In this document: positions 56,847-64,000 of the stretch, in pieces
Numbering within the stretch: position 1 is the first letter of the stretch
Layout: every line of letters starts with the position of its first letter
Source: an uncultured Treponema sp.
GTDB taxonomy: Bacteria; Spirochaetota; Spirochaetia; Treponematales; Treponemataceae
Reading direction: 5' to 3'
Assembly (NCBI GenBank): GCA_964541735.1
Contig: CAZIQK010000003.1
Span: 5,484-69,483 of the forward strand
Length of the DNA stretch: 64,000 nucleotides
Position numbers and translations under genes: made by a program
The notes under the pieces: model-generated
What the model was told of the DNA's origin: nothing
Databases searched by the model: none
Seen by the model: only the letters and a program-made list of their open reading frames with translations

Positions 56847-58973
56847 TTACTTTCCTATTAATACAACAGTTGAATCTGCTATTAAAACATAGCGCCGTTG
56901 TTCTTCAAGAAATTCTTCTTTTCCATTTTCTAAAATATCTATAGGGCTTTCAAAAGAACTATCTGCAACTCGATACCACTTTTTATTTCCCGACAGTGCC
57001 GGTAATGTAATTGTTAAATCATAACGATCCATATTTGTTGCAATATAAAAATCATTATCATTTATTAAAGAACCGTTTAGTTTAAAACCTAAAAAACGTT
57101 TCATTTTATTCCAATCAGGAACTTTTGCATTTATATCAAACCAAGAAATTTCTGTGATTCCATTTTTTGCACCAAAAAATTCTTGCATTCTAAAGATTGA
57201 ATGATTTTTTCTCAATTTGATTAAACTTGAAACAAAATTTATCAATCCTTCATTTTTTTGTGCAAGCGTCCAATCAAAATAACTGAGTTCATTATCTTGA
57301 CAGTATGCATTATTATTTCCGTTTTGTGTACGACGCATTTCATCTCCGCCAAGAATCATTGGAACACCTTGAGAAAGAAGCAAATAGATAAAGAAATTTT
57401 TGATTTTTTTCAATCTTAAAGTTTCAATCTTTGGATTTATACAATTTCCTTCAAATCCGTGATTATAACTTAAATTATCATCAGAACCATCTCGATTATT
57501 TTCACCATTTTCATCGTTATGTTTTCCGTTATAACTTACTAAATCATTTAAAGTAAATCCATCATGAGCAGTTATAAAGTTGATAGATGATTGAGGTTTT
57601 CTTCCATCGTGATTGTAACAATCTGAACTTGCACAAATACGCGTTGCAGCTGCCGTTACCGCTCCATCATCACCACGTAAAAATCTTCTCATATCATCAC
57701 GAAATTTTCCATTCCATTCTGCCCAACGATTATTTTTTCCACCGGGAAATCCACCAAGTTGATAAAGTCCCGCACAATCCCAAGGTTCTGCAATAATTTT
57801 TGTTTTTGAAAGAATTGGATCTGAATTTATAAAACTTGTCAAAGAAGGCATTTCGTTAGAAATTGGAGAACCATTTTCTGCACGAGTTAAGATTGATGCT
57901 AAATCAAAACGAAAACCATCAACGTGCATATTCAAAACCCAATAACGCAAACTATCTAAAATAAAATTCATTACAACAGGATGATTACAATTCAAACTAT
58001 TTCCACATCCTGAATAATTCATATAATATTGCAAATCATTTTGTGGTAAAGAATAATAAACATTATTTTGAATTCCTCTAAATTCAAAAGTGTATCCATG
58101 TTCATTTCCTTCCGCAGTATGATTAAAAACTACATCCAAAATAACTTCAATTCCATTTTTATGAAGTTCTTTCACCATTTTTTTAAATTCATTTACAGGC
58201 CCAAGAGGAGTTTTATCAGCGGCATAAGAAGTTTTTGGAGCAAAAAATCCGATTGTAGAATATCCCCAATAATTTACAAGATTTTCTCCGGTTCGAGGAT
58301 TTATATTTGCATTTTCATTTTCATCAAACTCAAAAATTGGTAAAAATTCTACAGAAGTAATGCCAAGTTTTTTTAGATAATCAATTTTTTTTGTAAAACC
58401 TGCATAAGTTCCTGCAATTTCTGATGAAAGTGCTGAAGTTTTAGAAGCAGTAAACCCTTTTAGATGAGTTTCGTAAATAATTGTTTTTTCTAAAGGATAA
58501 TTTAGGGGTCTGTCCCCTTCCCAATCAAAATTATCATTTACAACAACATTTTTTGGAAAATTAGATAAATCTTTTATTTCTCCACCTTCATTTACAGAAA
58601 ATCCTTGATTATGAAGATTGTTGTAACATTTAAAAACTGAACCTTGAGTGAATGCTTTTGCATAAGGGTCAAAAATATATTTATGCTTATTAAAGCGAAA
58701 GCCTTTTGTTGGTTCGTAAGGACCTTCAATTTTATAAAGATATAACGTTCCTTCTTTTGCACCACAAACTAAAATGTGCCAAATATCACCAGTTTTATTT
58801 TTTAAAGAATCTAATTCAATTACATTTGAAGGCTGCGATGATTTTTCGTTATCAAACAAACAAAGAAAAACTTTTTGAGCATCACGACTATAAATAGAAA
58901 AATTAACGCCTTCCGATGTTATTGTTGCACCTAACGGCATTGGCAGTCCGTTTTTTGATGTTACATTCGCCAT
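56847..58973 (-). CDS. glgX: glycogen debranching enzyme (GH13, GlgX-type)
   Basis: GH13 regions DVVFNHT, GFRFDLA, EPWD, FITAHDGF. Start ambiguous (ATG 58973 or TTG 58997). Confidence 0.88.
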   Translation of the reverse strand: MANVTSKNGLPMPLGATITSEGVNFSIYSRDAQKVFLCLFDNEKSSQPSNVIELDSLKNKTGDIWHILVCGAKEGTLYLYKIEGPYEPTKGFRFNKHKYIFDPYAKAFTQGSVFKCYNNLHNQGFSVNEGGEIKDLSNFPKNVVVNDNFDWEGDRPLNYPLEKTIIYETHLKGFTASKTSALSSEIAGTYAGFTKKIDYLKKLGITSVEFLPIFEFDENENANINPRTGENLVNYWGYSTIGFFAPKTSYAADKTPLGPVNEFKKMVKELHKNGIEVILDVVFNHTAEGNEHGYTFEFRGIQNNVYYSLPQNDLQYYMNYSGCGNSLNCNHPVVMNFILDSLRYWVLNMHVDGFRFDLASILTRAENGSPISNEMPSLTSFINSDPILSKTKIIAEPWDCAGLYQLGGFPGGKNNRWAEWNGKFRDDMRRFLRGDDGAVTAAATRICASSDCYNHDGRKPQSSINFITAHDGFTLNDLVSYNGKHNDENGENNRDGSDDNLSYNHGFEGNCINPKIETLRLKKIKNFFIYLLLSQGVPMILGGDEMRRTQNGNNNAYCQDNELSYFDWTLAQKNEGLINFVSSLIKLRKNHSIFRMQEFFGAKNGITEISWFDINAKVPDWNKMKRFLGFKLNGSLINDNDFYIATNMDRYDLTITLPALSGNKKWYRVADSSFESPIDILENGKEEFLEEQRRYVLIADSTVVLIGK

Positions 58974-59087
58974 AAAGTGAATATTACCACAGTACAAAAG
59001 AAAATTCTATAAAAAATTAATGCTGCTGAGAGGTCGTTGAATTTCTATCAATTCTTCTATAAGATAGACTAACAAATAGGAAAAATT

Positions 59088-59960
59088 ATGGAAAAATTAA
59101 AGATTTTACTTGCAAAAGGAAGAATTTACGAGTCTGTTTATGAACTTTTAAGTGATGTTGGTATTTCAATTCATCTTCCCGACCGTCAATATTTTCCAAC
59201 TACAAATCAAGAAGATTTAGCATTTCAAGTTGTAAAACCTCAAATTACAAGTTTTCTTTTAGCAAACAACAAAGCGGATTTAGGATTTAGCGGAAAAGAT
59301 TGGGTTTATGAAAATCAAGTGGAAAATGATGTAGTTGAAATTATGGATTTAGGATTTGATCCTGTAAGAATTGTTGCTGCAATTCCAGAAGCACGCGATT
59401 ATGAAAAACTTTTACAAAATCCAGTTACAATTGCAACAGAATATCAAACTCTTAGTAAAAAATGGGTTGAAAATAAAAAAATTGATGGAACAATTTTTAG
59501 AACCTGGGGAACTTCTGAAGGTTTTGTTCAAGATAATGAAAATTCAATTGCTCAAATTTTAATTGATAATACTTCAACAGGCTCATCATTAAAAGCAAAT
59601 CGTTTAAAAATTGTTGATACTTTGATGGAAAGTTCTACAAGAATGTATGCCTCTAAAGAAGCAATGAATAATCCTCAAAAAAAGAGAAAAATTCTTGAAT
59701 TAAAAATGCTTTTTGAAACAGTTTTAAACGCTCGTGATAGAGTTATGCTTGAAATGAATGTTTTAGAAAAGGATTTTGATGCTCTTATAAAAGGCATTCC
59801 AAGTATGAAAAGTCCAACAGTTTCTCCATTGTTTGGTGGAAATGGTTATGCTGTAAAAATTGCTGTAAAAAAATCTGAAGTTCCAACTTTATTGCCAAAA
59901 TTACAAAATCTCGGTGCATCTGATATTGTTGAGTATGAACTCAGAAAAGTTATGTTATAA
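59088..59960 (+). CDS. hisG: ATP phosphoribosyltransferase (long form)
   Basis: 290 aa. LAKGRIYE N-terminus, PRPP loop NTSTGSSLKAN, and a C-terminal regulatory domain. Confidence 0.85.
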   Translation: MEKLKILLAKGRIYESVYELLSDVGISIHLPDRQYFPTTNQEDLAFQVVKPQITSFLLANNKADLGFSGKDWVYENQVENDVVEIMDLGFDPVRIVAAIPEARDYEKLLQNPVTIATEYQTLSKKWVENKKIDGTIFRTWGTSEGFVQDNENSIAQILIDNTSTGSSLKANRLKIVDTLMESSTRMYASKEAMNNPQKKRKILELKMLFETVLNARDRVMLEMNVLEKDFDALIKGIPSMKSPTVSPLFGGNGYAVKIAVKKSEVPTLLPKLQNLGASDIVEYELRKVML

Positions 59961-59981
59961 AAATCTTTTTTGGAGATGATG

Positions 59982-60599
59982 ATGAACAGAATTGCAACTG
60001 TAAAACGTGTTACTGGAGAAACTCAGATTGAATTAACTTTAAATCTTGATGGAACCGGAAAATATGATGTTGAAAATCCAATCGGATTTTTTGAGCACAT
60101 GTTAAAATCTTTTTGTAAACATGGACTTTTTGATTTGTCCGGTTATATAAAAGGTGATTTGAATGTAGACCAACATCATACAATAGAAGATACAGGTATT
60201 GTTTTGGGACAATGTTTTAAAACTGCTTTAGGTGATTGTGCTGGAATCTTTAGAAGTGGATTTTTTATTTATCCAATGGACGAAACTTTAGCACAAGCTT
60301 CTGTAGATTTTGGTGGACGACCTTTTCTTGTTTGCAATTCTAATCTTTCCGGAATGCCTTTAATCTCTGTAAGTGGAAAAAATCAAGCTTCTTTTCAAAC
60401 TGATTGTTTTGAAGATTTTTGGCAAGGTTTTACTGCAAATGCATTATGTAATCTTCATATAGATGTAATTCGTGGTAGAAGTGATCATCACAAAATTGAA
60501 GCGTGTTTTAAAGCTGTTTCAAGAGCAATTCGAAATGCTGTAGAAATTGATGAACGCAGAAAAGGAACAATTCCAAGTACAAAAGGTGTTTTAGTTTAA
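59982..60599 (+). CDS. hisB: imidazoleglycerol-phosphate dehydratase
   Basis: RVTGETQIEL, DQHHTIEDTGIVLG and SDHHKIEACFKA motifs. Start ATG 59982 behind GGAG (the track TTG start is at 59970). Confidence 0.9.
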   Translation: MNRIATVKRVTGETQIELTLNLDGTGKYDVENPIGFFEHMLKSFCKHGLFDLSGYIKGDLNVDQHHTIEDTGIVLGQCFKTALGDCAGIFRSGFFIYPMDETLAQASVDFGGRPFLVCNSNLSGMPLISVSGKNQASFQTDCFEDFWQGFTANALCNLHIDVIRGRSDHHKIEACFKAVSRAIRNAVEIDERRKGTIPSTKGVLV

Positions 60600-61048
60600 T
60601 GGAAAAAATTGTAGTTTACACAGATGGTGGATGTCATGGAAATCCAGGTCCTGGAGGTTGGGGAATTGTTATAATTGCTGATGGAATTGCAAAACAACTT
60701 TCTGGTGGCGAAAAACAAACTACAAACAACAGAATGGAATTAATGGCAGCAATCAATGCATTAAAAATCATTCATAATACGCCGAATTTTGCTCAATCAG
60801 AAATAATTGTAAATATAGACAGTCAATACGTAAAAAATGGAATTACAACTTGGATAAAAAATTGGAAAGCAAAAGGTTGGAAAACCGCAGATAAAAAACC
60901 TGTAAAAAATCAAGATTTATGGATTTTGCTAGATTCATTAAATGAAGGATTAAATATCACTTGGAATTGGGTAAAAGGGCACGCAGGAATCAAATATAAC
61001 GAAATTTGCGACCAACTTTGCCAAGATGAAATTGCAAAATTTGAATAA
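60599..61048 (+). CDS. rnhA: ribonuclease HI
   Basis: 149 aa. YTDGGCHGNPGPGGWG, TNNRMEL, DSQYV, WVKGHAG motifs. 1-nt overlap with the hisB stop. Confidence 0.92.
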   Translation: MEKIVVYTDGGCHGNPGPGGWGIVIIADGIAKQLSGGEKQTTNNRMELMAAINALKIIHNTPNFAQSEIIVNIDSQYVKNGITTWIKNWKAKGWKTADKKPVKNQDLWILLDSLNEGLNITWNWVKGHAGIKYNEICDQLCQDEIAKFE

Positions 61049-61114
61049 AATTTCTTGCAGATTATTAGAATTAGAAATTACAAATTTTTTTACTTAAAAC
61101 AAAAATGCATTCTA

Positions 61115-61148
61115 CAACAAGCAAACAAATCCGCTTGTTGTTTTTTTA
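61115..61148 (+). terminator. rnhA operon intrinsic terminator
   Basis: caacaagc-N10-gcttgttg followed by T8. Confidence 0.75.
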
Positions 61149-61201
61149 TTTTTTTTTCAAATTCTTTGCCGAAAATGCTAAAAAAAATCCATTATATAAG
61201 T

Positions 61202-62059
61202 ATGAGAAAAAATATTTTTATAATGAATTTTGTTTTTTTTGCAAATCTATTTTTTTCGTGTTCATTTTTTGAAGAAAAAGAAGGAATTACTTTTTATTTA
61301 CCAGATTTTTCTACAGAAATCACAACGCTTTGCAAAAAGGAATTTTCGCATTGGCAAATAAAAATTCAAAATTCGGAAGAAACTTTTTTTTACGAGACAA
61401 GCGAAAGCAAAATCACAATTAAAGCAAAAAAAAATGAACCTTTATCTGTGCTGGCGTTTCCTATTACAAAACTTTCAGACGAAAATTTGTGTCAATTTTT
61501 TAAACCTTGCGGAACAATTTATCCTTACGATTTTAATTATAATGATTCAAGTCAAACGCTCACTTGGGAAAATGGATTTTGTGCAACAATAATCAATCAT
61601 CTTTTTGAAAGCCAAAAAGAAAGTGATTTTTCATCATCACAAATAAATGAATTTATAAAAAGTTTTAATTGGCAAAAAATGATGCAAACAATTTCAGAAA
61701 AAATCGCAGAAAATTCACAAGAAATTAAAACGTCTCAATCACAAATTTTTTTTAATCCATGGCAAATTGATATTTCAAATCTTCTAGAAAATCTTTCTAC
61801 CAAAAATTTTAGTTCCTCTTTAATCAAAACAAGTTACATTTACACTTTTTTTAAAGAAGATTTAGGATTTTCACAAAGTGATACAATTTTATCATCTTAT
61901 GTACCAGAAAATGCATTTATAAACGAATATTCAATTTTGAATTTCAAAAAAAATAATCCGACACTTTTTTTATACAATAACTTTTATGGAATTTTAATAA
62001 CCGCAACTTCTGCAAAAAAAACATCAGAGCAATGGATTTATATGCCGATAGTAAATTAA
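61202..62059 (+). CDS. hypothetical lipoprotein
   Basis: Start moved to ATG 61202 because an intrinsic terminator lies inside the track ORF's first 100 nt. Signal/lipobox-like NLFFSC. No recognisable domain. Confidence 0.5.
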   Translation: MRKNIFIMNFVFFANLFFSCSFFEEKEGITFYLPDFSTEITTLCKKEFSHWQIKIQNSEETFFYETSESKITIKAKKNEPLSVLAFPITKLSDENLCQFFKPCGTIYPYDFNYNDSSQTLTWENGFCATIINHLFESQKESDFSSSQINEFIKSFNWQKMMQTISEKIAENSQEIKTSQSQIFFNPWQIDISNLLENLSTKNFSSSLIKTSYIYTFFKEDLGFSQSDTILSSYVPENAFINEYSILNFKKNNPTLFLYNNFYGILITATSAKKTSEQWIYMPIVN

Positions 62060-62061
62060 GT

Positions 62062-63234
62062 ATGAAAAAAACTTTTTTTGTAATTTTTGCACTTTCGCTT
62101 TTTTGTGTGATTGGATGTTCTAAAAATCAAAATAAAACAGAAAATTCGGAAAACACAATTTCTTTAGAAATAAAAAATCAAAATCACACTTGGTACGCTT
62201 TTACTCAATCTGGATTTGAAAAAATTTCAAAACCGCAAAATGCATTGCAAACGCCTTTTACACCTTGGACAGAAGCAAAAAGAATTTCTTGCTCAAACAC
62301 AACTGCAAATCAAACCGAAAATGCAAAAGCGTACGCAATTGTAAATCGACTGGGAATTTTGGAATTTAATAATGATAAAATTTTTTTTACTAAGGATGTA
62401 AGTCTTTTTAGCGATAGAACTGCTGGAAATCTTGTTTTTTTAAATGATGTTCCAATTTTTTCAGTTTATAAATCCGCTTTTTTTAATGATACAATTACAG
62501 ATTCTTCTTACAAAATGAATAACGAAAATCATCTTTTTTTAATTCAATACGACCAAAATGCAAAAATTTGCTATCCAATCATAAATTGTAATAATCTTAC
62601 AAAAGAAATTAATTCTGAAGTTACAGATTTTTTTTGGGACGGATTAAATTGGATTTGTAGCATAAAAAACATTTCTGATGTAAAAAATTCTTTTTTATAC
62701 ATAAATTGGAAACCAACAATTTCTCTTTTAAATCTTTCTCCAACAACAGCAAAATCTAATATTGTGATTACAGAAAGTTCGCAAGATGAATTTCGAGATT
62801 CAAAAAAACAAATTTCTTACGAAAATGCACCAGAACGCGTAAAAAAGTTGCTTGCAAGTTTTGATAAATCTAAAAATTTTTTAATTGAAATAAAATCTGC
62901 TGGTGGAACTTCTTCAAAAATTTATTCAAATCAAGTTTCAAGTAATAATGAAGTTTTAAACGCAAAAGCAATAATCTCCCAAAGTTGGAGTGCCGCACTT
63001 TTTGAAGATGGAACTTTATTTTTAGAAGGTGCGTTGCCGGGAAAACACATTTTGAGAGAAGGAAATCCTATCGCCATTCGACTTCCAAAACTTCCCGCTG
63101 GGTATATGTACACAGATTTTGTAATTTCTCAATCAACTTTATATGCAGCTTGGGAAGAAACCAGTTTTTACAAAACCGCTCGCAGTGGATTTTTACAAGT
63201 TGATTTTAATAAAACTTTGTATGAAAAATTATAA
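62062..63234 (+). CDS. hypothetical lipoprotein
   Basis: MKKTFFVIFALSLFCVIGCSKN signal peptide with lipobox. Start at ATG 62062, 2 nt after the previous stop. Confidence 0.55.
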   Translation: MKKTFFVIFALSLFCVIGCSKNQNKTENSENTISLEIKNQNHTWYAFTQSGFEKISKPQNALQTPFTPWTEAKRISCSNTTANQTENAKAYAIVNRLGILEFNNDKIFFTKDVSLFSDRTAGNLVFLNDVPIFSVYKSAFFNDTITDSSYKMNNENHLFLIQYDQNAKICYPIINCNNLTKEINSEVTDFFWDGLNWICSIKNISDVKNSFLYINWKPTISLLNLSPTTAKSNIVITESSQDEFRDSKKQISYENAPERVKKLLASFDKSKNFLIEIKSAGGTSSKIYSNQVSSNNEVLNAKAIISQSWSAALFEDGTLFLEGALPGKHILREGNPIAIRLPKLPAGYMYTDFVISQSTLYAAWEETSFYKTARSGFLQVDFNKTLYEKL

Positions 63235-63362
63235 ATTTGCAAAATTTTCACTTTGGTTTACAGAAAAATAACGTAAATTAAAAAAAAATCTTGTCAAGTT
63301 CAAAAAATACTGTATACTCACACAGATAGAAACACTATTACATCTTATTAAAAGGACAATTT

Positions 63363-64000
63363 ATGAAATTAAAGAAAATCTTTATTGCTTTAATAACAAC
63401 AAGTCTAGTTTTAGTTGCAGTTAATGCTGAAAATTCTAATTATTGGGATTTTTCTGTAACAACAGATTTTACTTATAGTCCAAATTCAAAAATGATTATA
63501 AATAATTCATCAACACACTTTGCTCCAATTACCGGCATTTTTAGCGGAGTTGAAGGACGAGTGACAGGAAATGCAAATTATGTAATTGCAACTCCACTTG
63601 GTAAAAATTGGCTTTTAAATTCTGCAAATGTCGTTTTGGGAACAAGCATTGAATTAACTCCTGTTTCAATAAAACCGGGAGTTTCAGTTACATTCACACC
63701 ACTTCCGTTTTTAGTTTTTAGTGCTGGAGCACAAAGTGGAACTGGTTGGACAATTGCAAGTTTAAAAGGAATTGCAAGTTATGATGTTTTTAACGATGAA
63801 TACAATTCTCTTTCTATTTTCAAAAATTATTTTTTAAAGTGGTGGGCTCAAGGAACTTTTCAATTTGATACAGGAGCAATTTTTCCAGGCGATTGGACTC
63901 ACGTTGTAATGCAATATTCTTATCAAGTTTATTATGAAGGACTTTCCGGAATGAACAATCAAGATATTTGGATGTGGCAAACTTCCGGAAACAAAGTAAA
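63363..64000 (+). CDS. secreted/outer-membrane hypothetical protein (3' end beyond window)
   Basis: My own translation from ATG 63363: MKLKKIFIALITTSLVLVAVNAENSNYWDF... (signal peptide with AxA cleavage site). The frame stays open to the window end. Not in the ORF track because it has no stop. Confidence 0.5.
   Translation, partial: MKLKKIFIALITTSLVLVAVNAENSNYWDFSVTTDFTYSPNSKMIINNSSTHFAPITGIFSGVEGRVTGNANYVIATPLGKNWLLNSANVVLGTSIELTPVSIKPGVSVTFTPLPFLVFSAGAQSGTGWTIASLKGIASYDVFNDEYNSLSIFKNYFLKWWAQGTFQFDTGAIFPGDWTHVVMQYSYQVYYEGLSGMNNQDIWMWQTSGNKV

Noticed and set aside
61055-61201. N-terminal 49 aa of track ORF 61055-62059
   Set aside because: This stretch contains the rnhA terminator hairpin plus its T-run (61115-61148). 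A signal-peptide-bearing ATG at 61202 is a much better start.

Overview
This is a low-GC chromosomal segment. My hand counts on 60-nt samples of core genes give about 27-33 % GC. It is dominated by housekeeping genes: ispF/ispD, a CarD-like regulator, argC-(CE4 deacetylase)-argJ-argB, parAB, a sigma-70 family factor, recG, dnaE, an MCP, argR, pgi, leuS, a STAS/PP2C partner-switching operon, grpE-dnaK-dnaJ, trxA, gap, purM, an amino-acid ABC transporter, glgP/glgX, and hisG-hisB-rnhA. Gene content (MCP, PP2C/STAS modules, many lipoproteins) resembles a spirochaete-like anaerobe, but I cannot assign a taxon without a database search. No tRNA, rRNA, CRISPR array, transposase or integrase was seen.

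The one clear accessory region is about 42.1-49.7 kb, between purM and a core FAD-oxidoreductase gene. It holds three toxin-antitoxin cassettes: VapBC-like, MazEF-like, and a type III ToxIN/AbiQ-like locus whose repeat RNA is not in the ORF track. Each cassette is followed by a diverged copy of the last 11-20 codons of the neighbouring methyltransferase gene.

Next to these lies a GC-rich (about 43-50 % in sampled windows), horizontally acquired module. It encodes a 1324-aa single-chain T5orf172(GIY-YIG-like)-SF2 helicase-N6A methyltransferase. A 311-aa methyltransferase-like protein lacking the NPPY tetrad is translationally coupled to it, and an XRE gene is divergent. This Type ISP-like module is my main candidate for an undescribed system.

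Other structure not explained by genes:
- a 5-unit tandem array of about 160-bp fossil copies of the gap 3' end plus terminator;
- a family of GC-rich hairpin elements, one inserted in frame in an AGE-family epimerase gene;
- a 16-mer present three times;
- ARG-box-like operators in front of argJ, argR and the ABC transporter;
- complex repeats in the pgi-leuS spacer.
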